DNA from: Octopus sinensis
Lineage: Eukaryota
Assembly: GCF_006345805.1 (NCBI RefSeq)
Contig: NC_043007.1
Coordinates: forward strand, 9,238,001-9,302,000
Reading direction: 5' to 3'
Length of the DNA stretch: 64,000 nt
Below, piece by piece: positions 25,215-38,035 of the stretch. The notes below the pieces were generated by a model. That model made no database searches. It worked only from the letters and a program-made list of their open reading frames with translations, and had not been told where the DNA came from. Within the stretch, counting starts at the first letter, position 1, and each line of letters opens with the position of its first letter. The position numbers and the translations under genes are program-made.

Positions 25215-25556
25215 TATACATTTACTGATTTTGCCTAAATCGGACTTTGAGTCGACTGGAGTGTTCGAAGAGAGGAGATTAGGCTTGTCTTTCAGGATGA
25301 AATGAGGAGTTTTGTGTTCATAGTGTTCAGTTGTTTAATAATTTCAAATCTGCGATAAGCTTATGATTTGTATTATTAATATCATTGAGTGCATTTCTAT
25401 GCGCATGCTTATAATTAGTGTTTAGCTCATTTAATATTAAATTGCTATGTTTCGAAAGGTAAGGAATCGTTTCTTCACGTCTTCTGTCTATCTGTAGCGG
25501 TCTATCGAGTAATGTGTATATGATTATAAGGAAAACTATTTTATACGATATATATA

Positions 25557-25610
<54 letters not shown>

Positions 25611-25733
25611 GTGAGAGAGAGACATATACATAGAGAGAGACAGAGAAAGACAGAGATTGGGAGAGAGAAAGAGAGCGAGAGTGGGACATAGATAGATAAT
25701 AGATAGACAGATATGATATACTATACACACACA

Positions 25734-25785
<52 letters not shown>

Positions 25786-26365
25786 GTATATATATAAACA
25801 ATAAATTAAACAGAGAGATACAATTGACAATCAAATAATTTACGTGGTATTCAACTGACGTACGGTGAATTGGATGTTTTGCACACCCCTTTGAAGGAAT
25901 TCCTTTGCTTAGCCTGTTACTTCATATATATATATGAGTGTTTGAGTATGTGTATGCGTAAATCTATGTACGTATATGAAGTGTATTTAAGAAATATATT
26001 GAATGAGACAAACAACAGACAACACAACAGAGTTTAAAAAAAGATCAGGGGAGCGTTGTACAGAGACGGAGAGATTTAGTGCTATTGATTTTATAAGATA
26101 AATATAGTGAGAGAATGATTAAGCGATTAAGCGAAGTATTGTAACCGTGGAGGTAATACGGATGTCGGTCTCTTAGGAAAAGAAACCATATTGAAAAACA
26201 GATTTAGAGATTTTAGACAAATAAAAGCGAGAATGAAAGCGTATCTGCGCGTGCGCAAACTCACAAACACACACGCACTTCTATTTACTTGTGTTTGTGT
26301 CTGCATGTGTATGTGTGAGTGTGTGTATATGTATGCATGCATCTTGGTGTACATATATTTACGTA

Positions 26366-26400
26366 CTAGCAATGCATCCTGGCGTTGCTCGGTTGTTGTG
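26366..26400 (-). mobile_element. Helitron 3' terminus
   Basis: CCGAGCAACGCCAGGATGCATTG-CTAG|T, the same hairpin family as 6197. Confidence 0.6.
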
Positions 26401-26519
26401 ATCTACAGCCACCTTGTATTATTTGCTTCTTTCTTATGAGCAAATAAGGAGTGTGAAGTAAACAACTCTTGTTTATAAACATGTTTTTCGGTCATTTTCC
26501 TGTTAGCTGTCATAACTCT

Positions 26520-27385
26520 TGATGTAACCAAACTTCGTGCCAACCCCTCTCGTATTTTCCATATGTATGTCACCACAGATCACTCCTGCCTTTTCTGTAG
26601 GAAATAGAGTTGTAATTCATTTACTCTCCCCGAGATGCTCAAGCCTTTTATTGATGCAATCTCCTTTGTGTAGGATCGCTGAACTCCCTGACGTTGCGCT
26701 ATTATATTGACACTGTACGATCGATCACCAGAATTAAGGGTAATGGCCTCTCAATGCAGCAGAGAACAAATTTTCTCCATAAGACAAGCATTGGATTCCT
26801 GTCCCTAGTTTTGAAAGTTCTCAGAATCCATCCGGGAATTCGCCTTCGCATTACCACGATCTTGAGGACATCTGCATGAAACGATGTATCGTTGCTCATA
26901 ACAATCCCCAGATCACGCACAATATGTGACTCTAGGATTGCCGCTCCTTTTGCTCCAGGTTACTTTTGTTGCGGCGTGTTAGCACAAATTAGTTGCTAGC
27001 GGAGGTCTTGGAATTTTCTTACGTAAAATGGCATTTTGTTTTCTTCCACCTATTTGTATAAGTTAACAAGATATTTCTGTAAAAGTTGAGCTTGCGCTAC
27101 TGTGGTGCCGTCGACGTAGCTAGTAAGAGTGGTTAACTGAATAATTGATGGCATGTCTAATAGCGACGGCCCGAAGAGAAGTTCCTTAAGGCACACTATT
27201 CGGTAGTAATTTATACTTCCAAAGGGATCCATTGGTTGCTGCACCCGGGCTTCTGTGTTTTTAAAAGTATCCTAGTTTCCGAACTACGCTGAGTATCCGT
27301 ACCTTGAGATATATCTTCCTGTGTCCAACCTTCTCAAATGCCTTTGCAAAATCGAGACATACTATATGTACGTTTGAGTGATATT
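26520..27385 (-). pseudogene. Decayed CR1-clade LINE RT
   Basis: Collinear remnants NVHIVCLDFAKAFEKVGH, SVP*GT.LGP, LLDMPS..TLTSYVDGT, MRDLGIVMSND...GWILRTFKTRD, TYIWKI. Related to 54515-56090. Confidence 0.85.
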
Positions 27386-27387
27386 CG

Positions 27388-27419
<32 letters not shown>

Positions 27420-27491
27420 TGTATGTATGTATGTATGTATGTATGTATGCATGTATGCATGTATGTATGTACGTAGGTACGTGCGTACGTA

Positions 27492-27529
<38 letters not shown>

Positions 27530-27649
27530 TATATATATATATAGAGAGAGAGAGATATTAAAACAAATATTTTAAATTCTGAGTTACCGAGTGTTTCGCA
27601 TCCACCAGAGCCAAAGCCTTGTGGAGTGGATACGAAACGTTTGCTAACT

Positions 27650-28110
27650 CAATGAGCAGGTGAGGAGTGGTGGCTGGGAGGAAGTAGGTGTGAGTTGGAG
27701 AGAGGCGAGGTGAGAAGGTTAGATGAAGAGGGGAGGAGAGTTGAGCCCATGCGACGCAAAGGAGAGAATAGAGAAGATTAATCCCTGTTCACGGCGCGAA
27801 CGGGAGTCCGGATGATCCCGCTGCAAGGACAATCCAAACACGGAAAAGTGTTGCAAGAGTGACCAGTAGAGCGGAAATGGCGCGAGACCGGAGTGTCATT
27901 GGCGTGTCGGATGTCTCAGGGGTGTTCCTCAAACCGGTCAGGCAAGCGGCGTCCCGTTTCCCCCGTGTATAAAGAAAAGCAAAGAAAGCAGTAGATGCAG
28001 TAGATGACATTGGTAGAAGTACAGATGAAGGAGTCGGTGATGTGATAGGGTTTGTGTGTTCGTAGAATGGAGTGATGAATGCTATATATATATCACGTAA
28101 ACTTATATAT
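27650..28110 (-). mobile_element. Decayed PLE GIY-YIG, same lineage as 52148-53770
   Basis: LY.GETGRRLPDRFEEH..DIRHANDTPVSRHFRSTGH; nucleotide match to 53160-53340. Confidence 0.85.
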
Positions 28111-28149
28111 ATATAACAAACGTTACGCATTCCTGGTCACAAACGTTAC

Positions 28150-28345
28150 GCATTCCTGGTCACAACGGATTTTACATTCCAATGATGCCATCCCGCTGTC
28201 TAGGTAAGCAGGCCAACATTTCTCTCTGATCAAAGGGGACTGAGCAATGTGAAATGAAATATTTGGCTCCCTCAAGAGAACAGCGGGCCGCCGAATCATG
28301 GAATCGAATCTGCGATCAAGCGATCCTCTGTGCAACAGCCTAACC
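28150..28345 (-). mobile_element. Degenerate SINE (head A type)
   Basis: GACCTAGTGGTTAGG..GATTCGATTCC head and ATATTTCATTTCACATTGCTCAGTCC central domain; adjacent 23-bp tandem duplication at 28118-28163. Confidence 0.6.
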
Positions 28346-28384
28346 ACTAGGTCATATGAATTCATCATATATATATACATACAA

Positions 28385-28454
<70 letters not shown>

Positions 28455-29029
28455 CATATATATATATATATGTATGTATATACATATATATGTATGTATA
28501 TATATATATATATTATATATATATAGGTATGTATGTATATATATATATGTATGCATATATATATTAATATATATATGTATATACATACGTAACTACACAC
28601 AAACATACATACACACATTACTGTATGTATGCTATAATTCATATTTACTGAGGAGTATGTGATCTGATTCAGTGTAGAAAAGATAAAAAAACACAATAAA
28701 TGTTAAATACCTGAGATAAAGCAGTGATTGTCAGTCGATTCGATCTCCTTATATTCACTTCTCTCGAGACGTAGATCAAAGGTAAGGTTTTTTTGTTGTT
28801 CTTAATTTCCCAGCAGATCTGAGAAGGACAGGAAGTGCAAGACTGATCATGTGACAGCCACGTAATCTGCGTAATGATCTTCATCTTATCAATACAATCA
28901 AATAATATATTTCGCACTCCACGTGATCTGTAATATAAATGTGTGCGCGCGTGCATGGGTGTGCGTGTATCTATGTGTATGTTTATATTTATGCGCGCAT
29001 ATACCTTCACATCTAAGTGCGTATTTATG

Positions 29030-29062
<33 letters not shown>

Positions 29063-29100
29063 GTGTGTGTTTGTATATATATATATATATATACACGTAC

Positions 29101-29139
<39 letters not shown>

Positions 29140-29606
29140 GACATATAGATAGATATACATATGTATATAAGCATTATTTTTATGCACGTTTACATATAGG
29201 CACTGATATAGCTATATATATTATAGATTATATATCATATACATATATGAGTGTGTGTATATGTGTGTGCATCTCTATGAATATGCATGATTTTTATATG
29301 GGACTTAATTCCCAAGTACTTTATTGTGTTACTTGTACTTATATATCATCCCATATTCCTTTTCCTTTTGCATTTTGCAAGCCCTTTTAATAATCGATTT
29401 CCAAAACAAAGTTTTTACACATAATAAATGTACAAGGATATATTTCCGCAACTTCATTTTTAACTATTCGAGCTTGTTTGTATTTTGATATTTTCTTTAT
29501 GACTCTTTTCTCCTCTTTTATATATGCAGTAACCTTGGTCTTGGGGTGAAATACTTTTGTATGTATGTATGTGGGTGTGCGTGTGTGTGTATGTATATAT
29601 GTATGT

Positions 29607-29649
<43 letters not shown>

Positions 29650-29654
<5 letters not shown>

Positions 29655-29905
29655 TTATCCGTCGATTATCTCGTGTGTTACGTTCCAAAACCTCCCAAAA
29701 ACATAATTAAAATCTAAAAGAATATAATTACCTATCGGCTGCAGAAACCTGTGATATACAGAGGAGTTTGAGAAGTAAACTTATATATATGTTAGCCTGA
29801 AAAATCCGCGATATTCTGTGCGATAGATGAACCGCAATAGCTGAACCGCGTTATGGTGAACCACGATATGATGAACAGCGATAGGTGAACTGCGATATGT
29901 ATACC
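29650..29905 (+). mobile_element. pogo/Tigger-like MITE remnant
   Basis: TA|CAGTTATCCGTCGATTATCTCG start; reiterated GAACCGCGAT-like subterminal motifs near the 3' end. Confidence 0.45.
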
Positions 29906-29994
29906 ATTTGACTTTATGCGTCCGTCACTAGATATTCCCGACTTCGTTAATAGAACGACAGTCATGTTGGCAAGATAGGTTTTATGAATGCATA

Positions 29995-30128
29995 AATTCA
30001 CGGCCGGGTCGACTTTGTCTTTCATCCCATCGGATCGATAAAATAAGTACCAATTATACTTTGGGGTCGATGTGATCGAATTGCCCGGTCCGCAAAATTT
30101 GCAGGGATGTACCAAGGTTTGAAATCAT
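29995..30128 (+). mobile_element. SINE family B fragment
   Basis: GGGTCGACTTTGTCTTTCATCC..GATAAAATAAGTACC..GGGGTCGATGT..GTTTGAAATCA. Confidence 0.7.
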
Positions 30129-30326
30129 TAGTGCATATATTTACGTGTGTCTTTCTTTCTTTATATGTATGTATGCACGTATGTATGTATGCACGTATGT
30201 ATGAATGTACGTACGTACGTATGTATGTATGTATGTATGTATGCACGTATGTATGAATGTACGTACGTACGTATGTATGTATGTATGTATGTATGTATGT
30301 ATGCATGTATGTACATATATATGCAT

Positions 30327-30367
<41 letters not shown>

Positions 30368-31269
30368 AGCGTGCGTGTAAGTTTGACTGTGTTTGTGTGT
30401 TATGCGTTTCTGTGTCTGTGTCGTCTGCGTGTGGTGATCATTCCTTTACGTGGTGGAGCGTAGTGTGGCACAATGACTTCATGTGCCATGCTGTCGGATA
30501 CGAAGAACTCCTGGGAAGGCCATCCATGCTGGCAAATTCAAAGAAAAGAATTCGGAACGAACACTTTTACATAGCTTCAACCACCCAAACACAAGACATC
30601 GTTCTCGTTCACAACAACGATGTTTGGTCTCAATAGAGTTTTGTTGGACAAGACTAGATGCACTGATTAAGCATGTTCTATTCATACATAAACTAGGTTA
30701 GTGTCAGATCTGTGCGACTCTTTCAGTCAATAATGCCTGTCTTATTTAGTATGAGAACGAAAGGGTGGTATTGAAACTATAGCTCGTGTTTCACTTCCTT
30801 GGCTATTGAGATCCACCGAACAGACATCCACACCATCAACATTTCTTTCAGCTTTAATTTTTAACAGTTGGTTCCTTTTCTTATAATTGAAAATCTTAAA
30901 GATGATTCGGTGATGACAATACAAATGGGTTTACAAATGTTGGACCTGCACATAAAGAGCAGATGTGAAGCGGTCGCCTTCTCAAGCACGGATGTCTAAT
31001 CAAAAATGCGGGGTCATTTCTGTGCTCTCGGCAGTATTATTCAGGAATATAGTGACCACCTATAGGGGGGAGTGTGTTAGAAAATGCGGAAAAAAATCGG
31101 ATTATCTCTTATACGGAAAAAGCTTTGAATACACTGAATCTGCATCTATTAACATGGCATAGATAACACAGAAAGTAAGGTCACTTTTTACAAAGCGACA
31201 TGCAATACTTGCCTCCAACGAACGGTCTCATACCAACTTAACATAGCAGATGTGGGTGAAATATGACTC

Positions 31270-31532
31270 TCATGAGAGCGAAAAGATAGACGAAATACCT
31301 ATTTCTTTACTGCCCAAAAGGGGCCAAACACAGAGAGGACAAACAAGGACAAACAAACGGATTAAGTCGATTATATCGGCCCCAGTGCGTAACTGGTACT
31401 TAATTTATCGACCTCGAAAGGACGAAAGGCAAAGTCGACCTCGGCGGAATTTGAACCCAGAACGTAACGGCAAACGAAATACGGTTAAACATTTCGACCG
31501 GCGTGCTAACGTTTCTGCCAGCTCGCCGCCTT
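31270..31532 (-). mobile_element. SINE family B (long variant)
   Basis: Complete head (GGCGGCGAGCTGGCAGAAACGTTAGCACG) and one unit plus junction. Confidence 0.9.
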
Positions 31533-31737
31533 AAAATATTCTTTTCTATCCTAGGCACAGGGCCCGAAATTTTGGAGGTGGGGGCCAGTCGATTAAATCA
31601 ATCCCAGTACGCAACTAGCTCATAATTCATCGACCCCGAGGTTGATAAATTAAATGTCAGCGAACACTGGGATCGATGTAATCGACTAGTCCTCTTCTCC
31701 AAAATTCTAGGCCTACAGCCTTTATTAGACGTCGTCG

Positions 31738-31774
<37 letters not shown>

Positions 31775-31829
31775 TATTAATATTATTATTATTATAATTA
31801 TATTTATCAACGTCATTATTATTATTATT

Positions 31830-32650
31830 CTATGTTTGACTTTTTCTTTATATTTGTACAAGTTGGGTTCAAGTTTCACCCAGAGACCTCAAGAGACAAC
31901 AGGTTGTAAGTTCGTGGTGTTATGCCTAGTGTGCCATATATTTGGTTTTGTATTTAGTGTTGTACTAGTGAATGTCTAAAAAAAAAAACAAGGCCTTTGC
32001 TTTGTTCTTATACAAGATAACTCCAAGACTCACCCATAGAAGTTCAAGTTAGTGTTATAACTAGGGTGCCATATATTTGGATTTGCACATGGCATTGTTC
32101 TAGAGAATGTCTGTTCAAACTTAAATAAATGAGAAGTTTGCTTTAAAAGTAATTTGATAATAAGATGACAATAAAATGTCTTTGCAGTTATCTACATTCA
32201 AAAGTATTTTGATGCTGTATACAGATTAAAATATTTTGGGGATTACATAGACAATATTTTACGTAGGATGTAGGCAGTTCCCATAAGTACTCTTTGTTGA
32301 ATTTCTCCCAATCTTGTATTTCCTTGTACTGTTTCAGTCTTCAGTTTCCACATTTTGTCAATTTCTATTTCAAGATATTTGTAATTGACCAGTTTTTCGT
32401 AAATCTTGACGGAGGCATTCATGTCGATTGGGGGAAGCATATCGATGAGGAAGCATGATTTTTGTCTATAATCCTGGCCTGTTTGCATCTATCTTTCTGC
32501 CAGTTTGAACGATGAAATTCCAAAGGAGTAAGATGTGGTCATTTTGAAGCACTGGCGGCGGAGGTTTGTATTCCCACCAGTTTTTATAATGAGACAGGTC
32601 CAAGTCTTTGTAAATTATCCCGTGAATATATTGTGCTGCTTCCATCATGC
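31830..32650 (-). mobile_element. R4/Dong-clade LINE 3' fragment
   Basis: NWWEYKP..VLQND..LLWNF.VQT.RKIDANRP, SCFLIDM..P.D.N..VK..EK...YK.LEIEI.KMWKLKT, EIQQRVLMGTAYILRKILS. The 3' UTR (GAGGTCTCTGGG) runs into TAA/TGA repeats. Confidence 0.85.
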
Positions 32651-33555
32651 CTGTTGATATACTCGAAAGATGTAAGGGGGTAAGGCAAAGTCGGCCTCGG
32701 CGAAATTCGAACCTAGAAGAGAGGAAATGCTAGGCATGGAGCCCGGCGTACTAAGAAGAAGAAAAAGAAGAAAGAAGAATAGGAAGAAGAAAAAGAAAAA
32801 GGACAAGAAGGAGAAGAACAACAACAAATGTAGCAATTTATAGAGTAGTCATATCAGACACCACAAACCCGTGGACAACCACACACACACACACACACAC
32901 AAACACGCTCGCAGTCGCACACACAACGACATTCAGGAGCACGGTGAAATAATAACAAGAAGAACTAGAATTTGCGGTTGCATATAAGAAGCACTTTACT
33001 CCATAAACTAAATCTATTTAGTTTACATTCGAAAAATGCTGTACAAGTCTGAGATCGTTGGTAATTTTATCTAAGTGAGTCTGCATAACAAATTGCTTAT
33101 CTCACTTGAAATGCTTCGCTGTAAAACATATTTATACATGCTCTGGAGATATGAAAGCCATCCATCGAATCAATTATTGGTCGATTTTAATACGCTGAGC
33201 AGCCAATATGTAAACAGGTATAGATGCTATTTATCAAGTAGAATTTTTCCAATTCTATTAACCACTATTGGCATCGTTACACTAATTCAAATAGAGATTT
33301 CCCCAAACCAATCTGAAGTAGATTTGTCAAATCACGCTCTCCTTCTAATATATCAACCAGCTACAGAATATCAAGTATCGTATAGTAATAAAAAGAAAAA
33401 AGAAGGAAATGGCCGTATCTTTCTCGTTACTGCAGTCCCCCCCCACCATCTCCACATTAGACAGAGACGCAAATGATGGTGATTGGTCGTATGTATGTAT
33501 ATATATACGGATATATGCATGTATGTATTTATATATATGTATGCATATATAAATG

Positions 33556-33610
<55 letters not shown>

Positions 33611-33647
33611 TTATGTATACATATATTTATATACATACATATATATA

Positions 33648-33688
<41 letters not shown>

Positions 33689-34272
33689 TATATATGCATA
33701 CCTACATACATACGTATATGTATTCATTAATATTCTTGTAGATATATATATATATATACCTACATACATACGTATATGTATTCATTAATATTCATGTATA
33801 TATATATATATATATATATGTATATTATATATATATATATATAGCTGTCTATCTATCTAATAGCGTGTCTTTATAATTCTATCTCCGTGCGTGTGTTTGT
33901 GTGTGTATATGTACACACATACATGCACATATACATACATATGTTTGCTAGTCAGTGTCTATACATATTCTATATTGATAAATAAAGTTATCACAGAATT
34001 AATAAATAAATAGGAACATAATCAAATAGAGTATCAGGTTTTTCTTCTTCTTGTTCTTCTTGTCTATGAGTAAATAAATAACTTAAATGGGATGAAAAGA
34101 GAGTAAATACGATAAAAATGATGTAAAAATGTATAACACATAGACGTAGTAAAAAGAAAGAAATCTTTTTAAGGAAATTATTTTTCTCAAAGCTAAAATA
34201 TCTAAATGTAATTTGTTTTAATGTAAAGGAATTGCATTACATGCGGCAACATACATACACATGCACATATAT

Positions 34273-34319
<47 letters not shown>

Positions 34320-34439
34320 CACACACACACACACACATGCACACACACAAACACACGCGTATTATAATTAATAACAAGAGCACTCAGACAGCCCAAACCT
34401 CTGCCAAGACAACACCAACGTCCTCTCAACGATTAACCA

Positions 34440-34755
34440 GAGATGATTTGATGATTTTTAAAATGAGAATATCTGAAATAAACTCGTCTGCTCTCACAAA
34501 CGAGAATACTAAAAATGAAACCGATCGCTCTCAAAAAGTTGAATAAAATAACCGGAAAATAAATCTATTATCTTTGTCCGGGACCGGAATCGATCCCAAA
34601 CTATAAGCAGTTCGTGTCAATCACAAGGCCAAACACCCCTGAAAGTTTCATCCGAATCCATCCAGCGGTTCTTGAGATATCTTGCCCAAGGACAAACTAA
34701 CAGACAAACACAACTGAAAAACAATGCCTCCGCCCTCGCTAAGGCAGACGTAATA
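34440..34755 (+). mobile_element. Helentron/HINE-like fragment
   Basis: AAAGTTTCATCCGAATCCATCCAGCGGTTCTTGAGATAT, ACAGACAAAC microsatellite and terminal hairpin CCTCCGCC-CTCGCTA-AGGCAGA. Confidence 0.5.
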
Positions 34756-34837
34756 ATATCTTTATAAATATTTTTGAATATCTATTCATTTAGTAATATA
34801 TATGCGCGCACTCGTGCGTATACATATATAAATATAT

Positions 34838-35580
34838 GTTTCAGTTACTGGACTGCGGTTATGCTGGGACATTGCCTTGAAGAATGTGAAGTCGAATGAA
34901 TCGACTCTAGTACTTTATTTTTTTTTCTTTTTATACGTTGTTCTAATTCTAACATTTGTTTTTTTTTTGTATTTTTTGCCGAACCGCTAAATTACGAGGA
35001 CGTGAGCACAACAGTAGTTGAGAGTAACTGGCGGGAGAACAAACACATACACAAAGACACACCTGAAAACACAGACACACACACACACACATACACACAT
35101 TTACATACATATATGTGTGAGTGTCTGTGTGTAGAGGCACGATGGCCCAGTGGTTAGAGCAGCGGACTCGCGGTTGAAGGATCGCTGTTTCGATTCCCAC
35201 ACCGGGCGTTGTGAGTGTTTATTGAGTAAAAACACCTAAAGCTCTACGAGTCTCCGGCAGGGGGTGGTGGCGATCCCTGCTGTACTCTTTCGCCACAACT
35301 TTCTCTAGCTCTTTCTTCTGTTGGACTGCTCGCTTAACCAGCGGGGTGGCGTCATTTGAAGGCTAAAAGACAGCGAAGCTCATTGTGACCAGCGATATGT
35401 AGCAACATCTCATCGCCTGGTCGGTCACTGTGATATATATATATATATATATATGTATATACGACGGTCTTATTTTTGTTTTTGTCTACCAAATACTTTA
35501 TCGGTCCGAGGCTTATAGTTGGAGACACTTGTGCTAGGTGCCAGAAAGCGGGAATGAGCCCGGAACCATTTGGTAGGGAT
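34838..35580 (-). mobile_element. Decayed SINE C interrupted by SINE head D + tail 3 (35131-35433, plus strand)
   Basis: SINE C 3' half at 34838-35125 and 5' half at 35460-35580. The inserted SINE has D head and tail GGGGTGGCGTCATTTGAAGGCTAAAA..ATTGTGACCAGCGAT..GGTCGGTCAC. Confidence 0.8.
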
Positions 35581-35814
35581 GTATAACAATGCACAAATTT
35601 CTCTTTGTGCTTCTTCAGAATAAACCATCACGTGATAATAGATTTTTTTGAGGTTCTGAATAGAAGGAAAGTATTGTGAGGCAAACAGAATTAATCCTGC
35701 ATATGTTTGTGCGATTCTCTATTTTTCTCAGCAGTAGCCTGACTCCCTAAGTATTTGATATTCAATATTGAAATTCATTTATAATTAAGGAACAAAATTT
35801 TATCTATCTCTATT

Positions 35815-36141
35815 AAAAAAGACTCCGCCGGTTACGACGACGAGGATCCCAGCTGATACGATCAACGGAACAGCTTGCTCGTGACATTAACGTGCAAATG
35901 GCTGAGCATTCCACAGACACGTGTACCCTTAACATAGTTCTCGGGGATAATCAGCGTGACACAGAGAGTGACAAGGCTGACCCTTTGAAATACAAGTACA
36001 ACTCATTTTTGCCAGCTGAGTGGACTGGAGCAACGTGAAATAAAGTGTCTTGCTCAAGGACACAACGCGTCGCCGGGAATCGAACTCACAACCTAACGAT
36101 CATGAGCCGAATGCCCTAACCACTAAGCCACGCGCCCTCAC
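35815..36141 (-). mobile_element. SINE head A + tail 2, full length
   Basis: GGCGCGTGGCTTAGTGG head, GTCCTTGAGCAAGACACTT domain and tail shared with 22258-22645. TSD CTATCTCTATT at 35804-35814 and 36142-36152. Confidence 0.9.
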
Positions 36142-36607
36142 CTATCTCTATTTACTGCTTCCATATATACTGCTCAATAAATGTTCAACGTAAGAATCGC
36201 AAAACTACACTCATAAAGTAATATCAACGTATTAGTTTTATATATTCATCTGTCAGCGAACGAAACATGCATTACCCTTGCACTCATGAACTGATGTAGA
36301 ACGTTTGTTCTACCAGCTCTTCAATTGCAATTCGTAGATGGCACTGCGTACAGTATTTCTCGTGGCCAGAAGCTAATAACTGATATTGAGTATTGTAAAC
36401 GTCTCATTGCAAAATGAGTATTGCAAATTCATTGAGAAATTGTGGACGGAATATCAGAGGGGAAGTAATTGCGAATTGAGTGCTACGACCTATACATTGA
36501 ACTAATATTAGATTATCTCTTAGTCACATATTCAACGATTGCCCTCTATAAACGGTGATTATACAACAATGATATATGTATATATATACATACATATATA
36601 TATATAT

Positions 36608-36638
<31 letters not shown>

Positions 36639-36639
36639 C

Positions 36640-36676
<37 letters not shown>

Positions 36677-36831
36677 CACAAACGCATGCGTACACATGCA
36701 TACATATACATATATATATATATATGCAACAACACACAACACACACACAACACATATATATATATATATACATACATAATATATATATATATATATATAT
36801 ATGCTGCACACATACATACATTTATATATAT

Positions 36832-36873
<42 letters not shown>

Positions 36874-37162
36874 CACACTTATATCTATGTATACAGAGAG
36901 AGAGAGAGAGAAATGCCTTTGTCTCATTTCATTTTCTAGTTATTGTGTCATATGGTCCAGACAAATGTACGTACACTGAAGAATGTTTATTACATTTTCA
37001 TGCTGTTTCATTGAGAAAGAGTAGTGTACGGAATATTTCAGATATTGCTGTACATCAAAATAGGAGATAGGAAAAAAAATTATATTATTTATTCAGCATT
37101 ACTCGTGTCTCATTTGCTAATAGTTAATAGCACGTAAATTACACAGATACACGCATATACAC

Positions 37163-37195
<33 letters not shown>

Positions 37196-37234
37196 AACAC
37201 ACACACACACACACACCATATATATCTATATATA

Positions 37235-37413
37235 TATTTAAAATTAAGGATAAAATCTTTATAAGAAATTATCAGTAGTTAGCGTGAACAACCTCGTAAG
37301 AGAAAAAAATCTGTAAATTTTTCCACTTTGAAAATATTTATTTATATTATATAGAGGGTACTATTATTCCTATGAATAATAGTACCTATGGATAATAGTA
37401 CCCTCTATATAAT
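37235..37413 (+). repeat. (TA)n-anchored element ending in a palindrome
   Basis: Starts AAATTAAGGATAAAATC; ends ATTATATAGAGGGTACTATTAT...ATAATAGTACCCTCTATATAAT (37346-37413). Confidence 0.7.
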
Positions 37414-37783
37414 ATTAAAAAAAAATATATATAATATAATATATATATATATATACATATATATATGTACCATGTCCACCGTCCTCGATTACACTCTGTC
37501 GATTTTCCTGTTTTGTTTCGTTTTGTTTACTCTTGTCCCTAATTCTACGTAAGAAAGATTATTATTATTTTTTTTGCAGGTACCGCCAATTAGAAACCAT
37601 TTTGTCTTATCGTTTAAGATGCGAAACTGAACTGTACCATTGGTCGATAACCGATGAAGAATTATGGAATTTCTGTTTGCCTCTCGTTCGTTTTTACAGT
37701 CAGTATACGTCACGTCGTATGTTATACATTTTTCCATGTATCAATTAATGGAACGCAACACACACCGAATTTATATAAACACT

Positions 37784-37875
<92 letters not shown>

Positions 37876-37906
37876 ATATATATATATATATTATATATAT
37901 ATATAT

Positions 37907-37937
<31 letters not shown>

Positions 37938-37982
37938 TATATAATACATACATATATATATATATATATATAGTATATTATA

Positions 37983-38016
<34 letters not shown>

Positions 38017-38035
38017 TTGTGTGTGTGTGTGTGTG

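Noticed and set aside
25330-25520. Minus frame resembling a PLE N-terminal region
   Set aside because: No diagnostic motif, so it is not assignable.
33075-33476. 133-aa non-repetitive ORF; also 28719-28929 (-) and 30420-30700
   Set aside because: No recognisable motifs or coherent splice signals. 30420-30560 has only a faint Tc1-like W..VVW..D resemblance.
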